The translations under genes were made by a program, and so were the position numbers. A DNA stretch of 64,000 nucleotides, taken from assembly GCA_963665775.2 (NCBI GenBank), contig CAXXTF010000002.1, forward strand, positions 800,001 through 864,000, in the 5' to 3' direction. This stretch comes from Dehalococcoidia bacterium (GTDB lineage Bacteria > Chloroflexota > Dehalococcoidia > SM23-28-2 > RBG-16-64-32). A model generated the notes under the pieces. The model was not told where the DNA came from. It saw nothing but the letters and a program-made list of their open reading frames with translations, and did not search any database. The first letter of the stretch is position 1; the number at the start of each line of letters is the position of its first letter. Shown piece by piece: positions 1 through 9,818 of this stretch.

Positions 1-74
1 GACGATTCCCTCATCGGCCGGATCGCCTCGTACACGCCGTTGCATGGCTCGCAGTAATACTCATATAGCGGCAT
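1..74 (-). CDS. FmdB-family zinc-ribbon protein, 5' part (runs off the window)
   Basis: Manual translation from ATG at 74 gives MPLYEYYCEPCNGVYEAIRPMRES, the MPxYEYxCxxC start of FmdB-like proteins; purine-rich RBS upstream. Confidence 0.8.
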   Translation of the reverse strand, partial: MPLYEYYCEPCNGVYEAIRPMRES

Positions 75-108
75 ACCTATCCCATCCCTTCCCGCTCTTA
101 TTCCGTCT

Positions 109-903
109 CTAGACCTTTGCCGTCTCCGCTAGCCCCTCGCGACGCAGCCGCTCCACGAAAGCGGCGGCATTCACGTCGCGCTCCAGCACACATACGATAT
201 AGCTCCGCAGGTGTCCCTCCACCTCCCCGGCTACGGTCGGCGGCACCCTCACCCGGACTACTTCGTTATACGACGCCCGCTGCAGTAAGCGCAACACCTT
301 GAGCCCGTCCAGGGAGAGCGCTCGCGTCGCCGCCGTTCCCGGCGCGCAGGCAGGACAGACGGCGCCGCCGTCCTGGGGCGCGAAGAAGTTCTGCTGCGGC
401 TGTAACCGCGAGCCGCAGGCCACACAGCGCTCCAACTCCGGCCGAAAACCGCTCTGCTGCATCAGCCCCATCTCGAAGTAGCGCAGAACCGTGTCCTGCC
501 CCAAGCCGCTCTTCTCCACCTGCTCCAGACGGCGCAGCGTCTCAGCCAGAAGCCGATAGATAGCGACACCGGGCACTCGCTCCGGCGCCAGCCGATCCAC
601 CAGCTCAGCGGCGTATAGGGCGCGACTGAGGCGATCCAGGTCATCCCGCAGCGCCTGAAAGCTCTCGATGGTCTCGCAACCGGCCACAACATCGCCAGCG
701 CGGCCCCGCGCCAGCTGCACCAGCGACCGGGTCAGAGGCTGCAGGTGCCCCGCCATACGGCTGGTCGTCTTGCGGACCCCCTTCGCCTTCGCCTCCAGCT
801 TCCCATGGGCCAGAGTGTAAAGCGTAACGATGCGGTCGGCCTCCCCCAGCCGGCGCTGCCGCAGGACGATCGCCTCCGTCTTATAGAGACGCGGCGGCGC
901 CAT
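109..903 (-). CDS. recO: DNA repair protein RecO
   Basis: N-terminal OB fold (EAIVLR..LGEADRIVTLYT...GK), Zn-finger CVACG...CPAC, adjacent to recR. Confidence 0.95.
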   Translation of the reverse strand: MAPPRLYKTEAIVLRQRRLGEADRIVTLYTLAHGKLEAKAKGVRKTTSRMAGHLQPLTRSLVQLARGRAGDVVAGCETIESFQALRDDLDRLSRALYAAELVDRLAPERVPGVAIYRLLAETLRRLEQVEKSGLGQDTVLRYFEMGLMQQSGFRPELERCVACGSRLQPQQNFFAPQDGGAVCPACAPGTAATRALSLDGLKVLRLLQRASYNEVVRVRVPPTVAGEVEGHLRSYIVCVLERDVNAAAFVERLRREGLAETAKV

Positions 904-1521
904 CTACTCCTCCATCTCCTGACGCCCCTCCAGGGCACGCGTAAGCGTCACCTCGTCGGCGTACTCCAGATCGCCGCCCACCGGCAGGCCGCGGGCCAGG
1001 CGAGTCACCCTGGAGACCAGCGGCCGCAACAGACGCCCCAGATACATCGCCGTCGCCTCGCCCTCCAGGTTGGGGTTGGTAGCCAGGATCACCTCTCGCA
1101 CCTCGCCGGAGCGAAGACGACCCAACAGCTCCCCGATCTTCAGCTCCTCGGGCCCGATACCGTCCATCGGCGAGATCGCGCCGTGCAGCACCTGGTACAG
1201 CCCCCGATATGCCCCCGTCCGCTCGATCGCCAGGATGTCCAGCGGCTCCTCCACCACGCAGACGACGCTGCGGTCCCGCTGGTCGCTGGAGCAGATACGG
1301 CAGGGCTCAACCTCCGTCACATTCTGGCACAGGGAGCAGAAGGTGATCTTCTCCTTAACGTCCAGGATAGCGGCAGCCAACGCCTCCGCCTCCGCCGCTG
1401 GCATGCGCAGAAGGTGGTAGGCGAGCCGTTGCGCGCTCTTGGGCCCAATGCCCGGCAGCTTGTAAAACTCCTCCACAAGACGGATCACTGGGGCCGCCGT
1501 CGAAGGCGTGGGTTCGTTCAA
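904..1521 (-). CDS. recR: Recombination mediator RecR
   Basis: [13 protein letters not shown] HhH, C4 Zn finger, Toprim [28 protein letters not shown]. Confidence 0.97.
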   Translation of the reverse strand: MNEPTPSTAAPVIRLVEEFYKLPGIGPKSAQRLAYHLLRMPAAEAEALAAAILDVKEKITFCSLCQNVTEVEPCRICSSDQRDRSVVCVVEEPLDILAIERTGAYRGLYQVLHGAISPMDGIGPEELKIGELLGRLRSGEVREVILATNPNLEGEATAMYLGRLLRPLVSRVTRLARGLPVGGDLEYADEVTLTRALEGRQEMEE

Positions 1522-1588
1522 GACAAGATCACCTCAGCCATGAGGATTAGTCTACCGTTGGTCCCCTCATGTCAGCCCTTAGCCGGAG

Positions 1589-1906
1589 CTAGAGACCGGG
1601 AATGTTAAGGCCCCCCGTCAGCCCCGACAACTGTTGCGCCTGCGTCTCGCTGATCTTCTCCAGCGCCTCGTTCACGGCGGCCGTGACCAGGTCCTGCAGC
1701 ATCTCCACATCCTCCGGATCTACCACCTCCTGACTGATGGAGACCGAAACAAGCTTCGGCCGCGCGTTCATCGCCACGCTCACGGCGCCGCCGCCCACGG
1801 ACGCTTCGATTATCGTCTCCTCCATTTGCTTCTGAGCCTCCAGCATCCGGGCCTGAAGCTGCTGGACCTGCTTCATCATGTCACGATTCGCCCCGCGCTT
1901 CGCCAC
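1589..1906 (-). CDS. ybaB: YbaB/EbfC nucleoid-associated protein
   Basis: GGGAVSV...DPEDVEMLQDLVTAAVNEA; canonical dnaX-ybaB-recR order. Confidence 0.95.
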   Translation of the reverse strand: MAKRGANRDMMKQVQQLQARMLEAQKQMEETIIEASVGGGAVSVAMNARPKLVSVSISQEVVDPEDVEMLQDLVTAAVNEALEKISETQAQQLSGLTGGLNIPGL

Positions 1907-3608
1907 CTTCTGCTCCTTTCCCTCCGATGGGCTTTGCGCCCAGCTCGCGGGCTACCTGCACCAGGTGCCCTACCTTCGCCCGCCCCGACGGGGAGGGCCG
2001 CGGCGAGTGCACATAGGCAACCGTCACCGGCCTGCCCAGCACCGCCCCTAACAGCTCCGCCAGCCGGCCCGCGTAGGGCCCGTTCTCCACCTGCTCCAGA
2101 TGAAACGTATGATAGAACCCCAGCGTCAACACGTCACCCTCCAGCGACTTCACCTCACAGGAGCCGTTAAGGAGGGCCGATAGCTGCCTCTCCGTCTCCT
2201 TGCAGGCCTGCCGCACCTGCTCCAGAAGAGCCTCCCCTGAGCCTGCCGAAGGAGCCTCCCCTGAGCCCACCGAAGGAGCCTCCCCTGAAACCGCCGAAGG
2301 AGCCTCCCCTGAGCCCACCGAAGGAGCCTCCCCTGAGCCCACCGAAGGGTCTAACTGAATGCCGCTCCCTTTGCCCGCCAGCTCCGCCTCCGCCCCAGAT
2401 GGCTCCGACTCCAGTCCCACGCTGGCAGTGGCAGCCGTCGTGGCCACCGCCTCCGCCTCCGCCACCGGAATGCTGAACCGCGGCTCCGTACTCCCTTCCG
2501 ACACCGGCGCCTCCCCTATCGAAACGATCTCCACCAGGGCCAGCTCCAGCGGCAGCGAGGACTGGGGATCATCCCGGAAGTCCGCCCGCCCGAACGTCCG
2601 CAGCGCCCGCACGATATCGGCGTTCTTCACCTCCGCCGCTACCTCCTCCAGCTCCGCGATCGCCTCCCCAGACACGTCCAGCGCTTCCACCGCGCCGGCC
2701 TTGGCCAGCAACAACCCGCGCAGATATCGCACGATCTGCTGCGAGAACTGGCGCATGTCCACACCATCATCCCGCACGGCGGCGATAAGCCTCAGCCCGG
2801 CGACCAGCTCCCCACCGAGGATACAGCGTGCCATCTGCCCGCTGCGGGCGTCCACGCTGAGACCCAACGCCTCCTGCACCTGCTCCAGGCTAGGCGAGCG
2901 TCCGTAGTACGTCACCACCTGCTCCAGACCGTTGATCGCGTCCCGCAGGCTTCCCGTGGCGCTGCGGGCGATCTCCTGCAGGGACCGCTCGTCCAGGGAG
3001 AAGCCCTCCTCCCGGCAGATGTCAGCCAAACGCCCCACCACGGCCGGCATCGGGATGCGCCTCAGGTCGAACCGCTGACAGCGCGAGATGATCGTCGCCT
3101 CCACCTTGTGCGGCTCCGTCGTGGCCAGCACGAAGATGATGTGCGGCGGCGGCTCCTCCAGCGTCTTAAGAAGCGCGTTTTCCGCCCCCTTGCTCAGCAT
3201 GTGCACCTCGTCCAGCAGGTACACCTTGTAGCGGCCGGACATGGGGTTAAGCACCACGTTCTCCCGCAGCTGTCGGATATCGTCGACGCTGTTGTGGCTG
3301 GCCGCGTCCTGCTCGATGAAATCGATAGCCCTCCCCGCCTGGAAAGCCTGGCAGGAGTCACACCGGTTGCAGGGCTCCCCCTCCACCGCCGAGGCGCAGT
3401 TGGCCGCCTTGGCGATAAGCCGCCCCAGGCTGGTCTTCCCCGTCCCGCGAGGGCCGCTCAGAAGGTAGGCGTGCGCCAGCCGCCCTGACTCCACCGAGTT
3501 GCGCAGGGTGCGGGTCAGCGCCTCCTGCCCCACCACCTGAGCGAACGTCTGGGGCCGCCACTTGCGATACAGAACCTGCCCGGGTGAGGGCGCCGCCTCG
3601 TTCGTCAT
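1881..3608 (-). CDS. dnaX: DNA polymerase III subunit gamma/tau
   Basis: LYRKWRPQTF, Walker A GPRGTGKT, DEVHML, SRCQRF. Confidence 0.97.
   Translation of the reverse strand: MTNEAAPSPGQVLYRKWRPQTFAQVVGQEALTRTLRNSVESGRLAHAYLLSGPRGTGKTSLGRLIAKAANCASAVEGEPCNRCDSCQAFQAGRAIDFIEQDAASHNSVDDIRQLRENVVLNPMSGRYKVYLLDEVHMLSKGAENALLKTLEEPPPHIIFVLATTEPHKVEATIISRCQRFDLRRIPMPAVVGRLADICREEGFSLDERSLQEIARSATGSLRDAINGLEQVVTYYGRSPSLEQVQEALGLSVDARSGQMARCILGGELVAGLRLIAAVRDDGVDMRQFSQQIVRYLRGLLLAKAGAVEALDVSGEAIAELEEVAAEVKNADIVRALRTFGRADFRDDPQSSLPLELALVEIVSIGEAPVSEGSTEPRFSIPVAEAEAVATTAATASVGLESEPSGAEAELAGKGSGIQLDPSVGSGEAPSVGSGEAPSAVSGEAPSVGSGEAPSAGSGEALLEQVRQACKETERQLSALLNGSCEVKSLEGDVLTLGFYHTFHLEQVENGPYAGRLAELLGAVLGRPVTVAYVHSPRPSPSGRAKVGHLVQVARELGAKPIGGKGAEGGEARGES
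2228..2347. repeat. 5 x 24-bp tandem repeat inside dnaX (GSGEAPSV-like linker)
   Basis: gagcctcccctgagcc(t/c)(g/a)ccgaag repeated five times. Confidence 0.9.
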
Positions 3609-3617
3609 CTTACCGCT

Positions 3618-3645
3618 ATTATAGACCCGCTCCCGATCGCATCAA
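3618..3645 (-). promoter_or_regulatory. sigma70-type promoter for dnaX, probably near-leaderless
   Basis: TTGATG-N16-TATAAT on the minus strand; ATG only 9 nt after the -10 box. Confidence 0.55.
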
Positions 3646-3760
3646 AGGCGCTAGGCGCGGAACTGGCCCTTGCCCTGCACGGCTCGGCCCGCATGGTAGG
3701 CACCATCATCGTGGCGTAATGCCTCTCAAGAACCGCACCGGCGGAAACGCGGCTCCACTT

Positions 3761-4207
3761 CTAGGCTGAACGGAGCAGCGTTTCCTCTTTCGCCCGCATC
3801 CGCCTCTCCTCCTCCGGCTCCCCGTGATCGTAGCCCAGCAGGTGGAGGATACCGTGGATCAGGAGATGGGCCACCTCCACCGACGTCGGCCGGCCGGCAG
3901 CAGCCGCCTGCCGCTCAGCCGTCGGGTAAGCGATGATCACCTCCCCCAGCCGCATCACACCGTCCGGCGCGGCGACGAAGCCCTCGCCCTCCTGAAGCGA
4001 GAAAGAGAGGACATCAGTGACCTCATCCTCGCCGGCGTACTCCCGGTTGAGCCGCCGCACCGCCTCATCGCTGGTCACCAGCACCCCCAGCTCGGCGGCG
4101 GGGACACCCTCGGCCTCCAGCACCCTCCGGGCGGCCCCCTCGATCCAGTCGGCGGCGACCACCGAGACGTACGGCTCGTCGATCGAGACAAGAACGGCAT
4201 GTGTCAT
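3761..4207 (-). CDS. ybeY: rRNA maturation endoribonuclease YbeY
   Basis: TDVLSF, LGEVII, HGILHLLGYDH. Confidence 0.95.
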   Translation of the reverse strand: MTHAVLVSIDEPYVSVVAADWIEGAARRVLEAEGVPAAELGVLVTSDEAVRRLNREYAGEDEVTDVLSFSLQEGEGFVAAPDGVMRLGEVIIAYPTAERQAAAAGRPTSVEVAHLLIHGILHLLGYDHGEPEEERRMRAKEETLLRSA

Positions 4208-4242
4208 CGAACGCCCCGCTCCCTGTCCCTGGCCACCCCCGT

Positions 4243-4308
4243 GTCATTCTCAGCGCCGCCTCGGTCATTCTGAGCGCACCCTGTCATTCTGAGCGCAGCG
4301 AAGAACCT
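4243..4308. repeat. REP-like cluster, three GTCATTCT(G/C)AGCGC cores, the last a full GTCATTCTGAGCGCAGCGAAGAACC
   Basis: Copies at about 4243, 4264 and 4283; the same motif recurs at 14518-14544. Confidence 0.75.
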
Positions 4309-4341
4309 CAATTCATCCATCGAACGCCGCCCCCGCCGGTC

Positions 4342-5817
4342 CTAGCCGAACACGCTCACCGCCGCCTCGGAGGCCTGCACCAGCGGATTGGGGAACACCC
4401 CCACCACCAGGAGTCCCACCACCGATATGGTCATCGCCACCGCCAGATAGGGTCCGGGCTGGATGCCCTCCTCGCTGGCCGGCTCGCCCGTGTACATGTT
4501 GAGCACCACCCGCAGGTAGTAGTAGGCCGAGACGACGCTGTTCAGCACGCCCACCATCGCCAGCCACACCAGGTCTGCCTGCACGGCAGAGTTGAAGACG
4601 TACAGCTTCGCTATGAAGCCGGCCGTCGGCGGGATTCCCGTAAGGGAGAGCAGGCACAGCGTTAACCCCAGGGCCAGCAGGGGCGAACGGCGAGCCACCC
4701 CCGCGTAGTCGGCGATCTCATCGGACTTGATCTTGTTGGAGATAGCGATGACACCAATGAAGGCGCCCAGGTTCGTGAAAGCATAGGTGGCCAGGAAAAA
4801 GACCACGGAGCTCGTACCCAGCAGCAACCGCGGCTCCACCGCGGCGACAGCGGCGAGGCCGATGAGGAACGTCCCGGCCTGTGCGATGGAGCTATAGGCC
4901 AGCATCCGCTTGATGTTGGTCTGCACCAGGGCCATCAGATTCCCCACGCTCATGGAGATGGCGGCGATGATGGCGAACATGTACGCCCAGTCGCCGGAGA
5001 TGGTACCGTCCCCCAGGCCAACCACGAAAACGCGCATGACCACCGCGAATCCGGCCGCCTTGCTGGCCACCGAGAGGTACGCCGTCACCGGCGTGGGCGC
5101 CCCTTCATACACATCCGGAACCCACATCTGGAAGGGCACCACCGCCATCTTGAACCCCAGCCCAGCGGCCAGGAACACCGCCGCCAGGACCAGCGCCGAT
5201 CGGCTATCGGGGCCGGCCTGCGCCACGAACTCAGCGATCTCGGCCAGGCTCGTCGATCCCGACAGGCCAAACAGGTAGGCCATGCCGTACAGCGTCACCG
5301 CCGTGCTGATCGCCCCCAGCAGCAGGAACTTCAGCCCCGCCTCACTGGAGCGACCATCCTTCAGGAACGCCACCATAACGTACAGGCTGATCGCCTGCAG
5401 CTCCAGCGCCACGAAGATGGCGATCAGATCGATCGTGCTGGCCAGCAGCATCATTCCGGCCGTGGAGGTCAGCACCAGAGCGAAGTACTCCCCCTGAAAC
5501 CGGCTCCGCCGCAGAAGATCCACGGAGGCCAGGATCACGATGGCAGCGATACCGGCGAACAGGAAGTTGAAGAACAGCGCGAACTTGTCCAGCGTCATCA
5601 TGCCGCTGAACGCCTCGCCCTCTTGGTCGAAGACGATCAGCAACGACGACCAGACGATAGACCCGGCGACCCCGGCCAGGGCCAGCACTACCACACCTGC
5701 CCGCCTCCTCCGGCCGGCCCATTCTCCCGCTACCGGCAGGGCGAGGTCGAACAGCACGATGATCCCCGCTGTAGCCAGCAGGATCAGCTCAGGCCCGAAC
5801 CGATTGACGCTTTCCAC
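4342..5817 (-). CDS. nuoN: NADH-quinone oxidoreductase subunit N
   Basis: EAGLKFLLLG, FKMAVVPFQMWVPDVYEGAPTP, KRMLAYSSIAQ. Confidence 0.95.
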   Translation of the reverse strand: MESVNRFGPELILLATAGIIVLFDLALPVAGEWAGRRRRAGVVVLALAGVAGSIVWSSLLIVFDQEGEAFSGMMTLDKFALFFNFLFAGIAAIVILASVDLLRRSRFQGEYFALVLTSTAGMMLLASTIDLIAIFVALELQAISLYVMVAFLKDGRSSEAGLKFLLLGAISTAVTLYGMAYLFGLSGSTSLAEIAEFVAQAGPDSRSALVLAAVFLAAGLGFKMAVVPFQMWVPDVYEGAPTPVTAYLSVASKAAGFAVVMRVFVVGLGDGTISGDWAYMFAIIAAISMSVGNLMALVQTNIKRMLAYSSIAQAGTFLIGLAAVAAVEPRLLLGTSSVVFFLATYAFTNLGAFIGVIAISNKIKSDEIADYAGVARRSPLLALGLTLCLLSLTGIPPTAGFIAKLYVFNSAVQADLVWLAMVGVLNSVVSAYYYLRVVLNMYTGEPASEEGIQPGPYLAVAMTISVVGLLVVGVFPNPLVQASEAAVSVFG

Positions 5818-5884
5818 CTATCGCTTACCCCCGGCCATATGTCTCATGCCCTGGCCCTCAGGCTCGGTTAGATAGCTTTCCATC

Positions 5885-7351
5885 TCAGGCCAGCCTCTCA
5901 GCGATGGGGGCCACGCCCGACTCGAACAGATCGATCATCACCGCCGGATATATCCCTACCAGGAGCACAACCAGCCCCATCGCCAGCAGCGGCCCGCGCT
6001 CCCACCAGGCCGTGGCGTCCGTCAGACCCTCCCAGCGCGGGTCCAGCTCGCCCCAGAACACCCGTTGGATCATCCACAGAATATAGCCGGCCGACAGCAC
6101 GATCCCGATGACGCCCAGGATCGTCAGGAACTCGTGATGTTCAAACGTACCGAGGAACACCATCACCTCCGACACGAATCCGGCCAGGCTCGGCAGCCCC
6201 AGGGACGCCAGCCCGGCCAGCACCATCATCGTGGTGATGAACGGCATACGCTGGGCCAGGCCGGAGAGAGCCCCGATCTCACGGGTGTGCGCCCGGTCGT
6301 ACACCATCCCCACCAGCACGAACAGCATGCCGGTGATGAGACCGTGCGTGAACATCTGCATCGAGGCCCCCGTCAGCCCAACGGTGCCCAGCGCCGAGGC
6401 GCCCAGCAGAACGTAACCCATATGGCTCACGCTGGAGTAGGCGATCAGCCGCTTGAGATCGGTCTGCATCAGCGTCACCAGCGCCCCGTAGAGAATACTC
6501 ACCACCGCGAAGGCCGCCAGCCAGACGGAGACATCGCGAGCCACGTCGGGCATTATCGAGAAGCTAAGGCGGAGGATGCCGTAGCCACCCATCTTCAGGA
6601 GAACCCCCGCCAGGATCACACTCACCGCCGTCGGCGCGTCCGTATGGGCATCCGGAAGCCATGTGTGGAACGGCACCACCGGCAGCTTGATCGCGAACGC
6701 TATCAGGATCAGGAAGAAGATCGCCTGGACCGGAATGATGGCGTCTTTGATCTCGTCGATCTGACCCAGCTCGCGGATATCGAAGGTGCCCGCCGTAAAG
6801 CCCAGCACCAGCAACCCGACCAGCATGAAGCTGGAGCCGAACAGCGTGTACAGCACGTACTTCCAGGCCGAGTACACCCGTCGACCGCTGCCCCAGATAG
6901 AGATCAGGAAGTACATCGGGATCAGCTCGATCTCCCAGAACAGGAAGAAAAGCACGAAATCGAGGGCGCTAAACACCCCCAGCAGGCTCGTCTCCAGCAC
7001 CAGCAGCCAGGCAAAGTACTCCTTCGGCCGCATCTCCACCCGCCATGAGATGAGGATGGCCACCCCGCTCAAGAAAGCCGTTAGCAGCACCAGCGGCAGC
7101 GACAGACCGTCCACCCCCACGATGTACTGCAACTTGAACTGCGAGACGCCCGACTCCAGCCAGCCGTGCTGGTCGATGAACTGGTACCCGCCCGGATCGC
7201 GGTCGTAGGCGGCGAACAGGATCAGGACGCCGGCCAGCACGGCCGCCGCCACGCCCGCCGCGATCCACTTCGCCCAGCCCTCTCGCTCCCGCGGCAGCAG
7301 GGCGATGGCGGCCACTCCGGCTAGCGGCAAGAATATAACGAACGAAAGCAT
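5885..7351 (-). CDS. nuoM: NADH-quinone oxidoreductase subunit M
   Basis: GVDGLS, FWEIELIPMY, PFHTWLPDAH, LKRLIAYSSVSHMG. Confidence 0.95.
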   Translation of the reverse strand: MLSFVIFLPLAGVAAIALLPREREGWAKWIAAGVAAAVLAGVLILFAAYDRDPGGYQFIDQHGWLESGVSQFKLQYIVGVDGLSLPLVLLTAFLSGVAILISWRVEMRPKEYFAWLLVLETSLLGVFSALDFVLFFLFWEIELIPMYFLISIWGSGRRVYSAWKYVLYTLFGSSFMLVGLLVLGFTAGTFDIRELGQIDEIKDAIIPVQAIFFLILIAFAIKLPVVPFHTWLPDAHTDAPTAVSVILAGVLLKMGGYGILRLSFSIMPDVARDVSVWLAAFAVVSILYGALVTLMQTDLKRLIAYSSVSHMGYVLLGASALGTVGLTGASMQMFTHGLITGMLFVLVGMVYDRAHTREIGALSGLAQRMPFITTMMVLAGLASLGLPSLAGFVSEVMVFLGTFEHHEFLTILGVIGIVLSAGYILWMIQRVFWGELDPRWEGLTDATAWWERGPLLAMGLVVLLVGIYPAVMIDLFESGVAPIAERLA

Positions 7352-7362
7352 CTACATCAGCC

Positions 7363-9300
7363 TCACGGTGGGTTGATTATCAGGATGCCGGCTACCGCCA
7401 CCACCACCCCCACGAATATCGCCGCCCCGTACACCTGCGCCTGACCGGCCTGCACGACCCTCAGCTGATCCGCACCCCAGCGGGTGGCCACGGCCACCCC
7501 GTTCACCACGCCGTCTACGACGTAGCGATCCCACCAATCCAGGAGATAAGCGCCGCCGCCGAGAATCACCCGCTTCACGATCACGTCCTCGTACAGGGCG
7601 TCCAGGTAGTACTTCTTCTCCAGTAGCTCCGCCAGGGGATACGCCGCCTCTCTGACCTGCTCCGACCGCACGACCCGCGCTCCGTACACCAGCCAGGCCA
7701 CGAATAGCCCCGCTAGCCCCAGCGCCACTGAACCGACCGCTATCCACCACTTGAAATCACCAGCTGTCCTTAGCTCCTCCGTCTCCACCGGCAGCCAGCC
7801 CTCCAGCAGGTGGCCGAACCCATCACCCACGTTCACGAACCCGGCCCCGGCCGCCAGAGCGGCCAGAATCACCAGCGGCGCCAGCATGATCCAGGGCGAC
7901 TCGTGCGGCCGACCCCCGTTCTCCCGGTGCGCCGAGACCTCTCCACCCCTGTACTCGCCTCCGAAAGTCATCAGCAGCATCCGGCCCACGTAGACGGCCG
8001 TGAGAAAAACCCCTGCCAGCGCCACCCAGAACACCCAGGGCCGGTCGGCCCAGGCGTCGGCCAGGATCTCGTCCTTGCTCCAGAAACCGGCCAAGGGGAA
8101 TACCCCCACCAGCGCCATGCTCGCGATCAGCATCGTCGTGAAGGTGATCGGCATAAACCGGGCCAGGCCACCCATCTTCCGCATATCGAACGTGCCCGTG
8201 GCGTGGTTCACGGAGCCTGCGCCCAGGAAGAGAAGCGCCTTGAAAAAGGCGTGCGTGAACAGGTGGAATATCGCCGCCGCCAGGCCACCCACCCCCAGCG
8301 CCATCATCATGTAGCCCAGCTGACTGATCGTCGAGTAGGCCATCACCCGCTTGATGTCCGTGGCCACGATGGCCAGCAGGGCGGCGCTGATGGCAGTGAT
8401 AGCGCCGATCGTCGCCACCGTCGAGATCGCCTCCTCGGAGACGATGAACACGGGGAAGAAGCGCGCCACCAGATACACGCCGGCCACCACCATCGTGGCG
8501 GCGTGGATCAGGGCCGAGACCGGCGTTGGGCCCTCCATAGCATCGGGCAGCCACACGTGCAGAGGAAACTGGGCCGACTTCCCGGCCGCCCCCGCGAACA
8601 CACCCCCCGCGAAGTAGGCGATAACCGCCGACCCGATCGCCCCCGCGGCCGCCAGCTCCTGGATGTTGACGATATCCAGCTCGCCCGTCTGCGTCCAGAT
8701 GAGGATGATCGCCGAGAGAAGGCCCAGATCGCCCACCCGGGTGACCAGAAACGCCTTCGTGGCCGCCCGCCGCGCCGCGTCGCGCTGGAACCAGAAACCG
8801 ATTAGCAGGTAAGAGCAGAGCCCCACCAGCTCCCAGAACACGAACAGCTGCAGCATGTTCGAGGCCAGGACCAGCCCCAGCATGGAGCCCGTGAACAGCG
8901 ACATGAAAGCGTAGTAGCGGCTGTAGCCCTGGTCGCCCCGCATGTACTCCTGCGAGTAAAACTGCACCAGCGTCGACACCGACGTCACCACCACCAGCAT
9001 TACCGCCGTCAGCCCGTCCACCGTCAGCCCGATCTCCACCCGCAGCGGCCCCACCACCACCCACTCGTGCCCACCGAACCCCAGACGAGCGCCGTCCGCC
9101 TGGATAGCGCTGTCCAGCACCCACAGCGACAGCAGGGTAGCGGCCGCTACGCTGGCTACCGTCAGGTAGCCGCTCAGGCGCCCGTGCCAGCGGCCGCTGC
9201 CGGTCACACCCAGGAGCGAGGCCAAGGAGATGACGGCGAAGGAACCCAGGGGCAGGAGCATGATCGCCCATACGACTCCCTCCGGCACCTGGTTCAGCAT
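7363..9300 (-). CDS. nuoL: NADH-quinone oxidoreductase subunit L
   Basis: WELVGLCSYLLIGFW, GKSAQFPLHVWLPDAMEGPTPVSALIHAATMV, HAFFKALLFL. Confidence 0.96.
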   Translation of the reverse strand: MLNQVPEGVVWAIMLLPLGSFAVISLASLLGVTGSGRWHGRLSGYLTVASVAAATLLSLWVLDSAIQADGARLGFGGHEWVVVGPLRVEIGLTVDGLTAVMLVVVTSVSTLVQFYSQEYMRGDQGYSRYYAFMSLFTGSMLGLVLASNMLQLFVFWELVGLCSYLLIGFWFQRDAARRAATKAFLVTRVGDLGLLSAIILIWTQTGELDIVNIQELAAAGAIGSAVIAYFAGGVFAGAAGKSAQFPLHVWLPDAMEGPTPVSALIHAATMVVAGVYLVARFFPVFIVSEEAISTVATIGAITAISAALLAIVATDIKRVMAYSTISQLGYMMMALGVGGLAAAIFHLFTHAFFKALLFLGAGSVNHATGTFDMRKMGGLARFMPITFTTMLIASMALVGVFPLAGFWSKDEILADAWADRPWVFWVALAGVFLTAVYVGRMLLMTFGGEYRGGEVSAHRENGGRPHESPWIMLAPLVILAALAAGAGFVNVGDGFGHLLEGWLPVETEELRTAGDFKWWIAVGSVALGLAGLFVAWLVYGARVVRSEQVREAAYPLAELLEKKYYLDALYEDVIVKRVILGGGAYLLDWWDRYVVDGVVNGVAVATRWGADQLRVVQAGQAQVYGAAIFVGVVVAVAGILIINPP

Positions 9301-9495
9301 CTATATCTTCCTCATGATCTCCTGGGCTATATGTAGCTTGCCCCACGGCACGTATATCTCGTGCCGCACCAGCTCGGCCGCATCGGGACCGCCCAGCGTT
9401 GGCGCCACCCGCACCACCAGCGCCTCCGCGTTGAACAGCTCCTTCCACATCTCCGCTGTATAGGCGTTCTTCGTCTCCATCAGCTTCATCCACAT
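9301..9495 (-). CDS. Small soluble protein (DUF2007-like) inside the nuo operon
   Basis: 64 aa, W..L......AEMWKELF...G/A....EIYVP pattern; tightly packed between nuoK and nuoL with GAGG RBS. Confidence 0.7.
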   Translation of the reverse strand: MWMKLMETKNAYTAEMWKELFNAEALVVRVAPTLGGPDAAELVRHEIYVPWGKLHIAQEIMRKI

Positions 9496-9502
9496 AGCGG
9501 CC

Positions 9503-9817
9503 TCACCACTTCAGCAAGTTGATCCGGTCGACATCGATGGTCCCATGCGTTCGGTAGACGAGGACGGCCAGGGCCAGCGCGATCGCCGCCTCCGCGGCCG
9601 CCACTGTGATCACGAACACCACGAACACGTGCCCGCTCAAGGGCGCCGCCGACTCCACGAAGCGGGAGAACGAGACGAACGTCAGGTTCGCCGCGTTGAA
9701 CATCAGCTCGATCCCCATTAGCACGCCCACGAAGTTGCGCTTCGCCAGCGTCAGGTACAGCCCGGTGGCGAACAGCACGGCGCCCACCACCAGATAGTGC
9801 TCCAGACCTACGGACAC
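9503..9817 (-). CDS. nuoK: NADH-quinone oxidoreductase subunit K
   Basis: LMGIELMFNAANL, VAAAEAAIALAL, LLKW terminus. Confidence 0.95.
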   Translation of the reverse strand: MSVGLEHYLVVGAVLFATGLYLTLAKRNFVGVLMGIELMFNAANLTFVSFSRFVESAAPLSGHVFVVFVITVAAAEAAIALALAVLVYRTHGTIDVDRINLLKW

Positions 9818-9818
9818 C

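Noticed and set aside
7823-9493. Long alternative-frame and antisense ORFs (e.g. 556 aa here, also 34695-36059 and 61055-62224)
   Set aside because: Typical high-GC shadow ORFs overlapping well-supported genes
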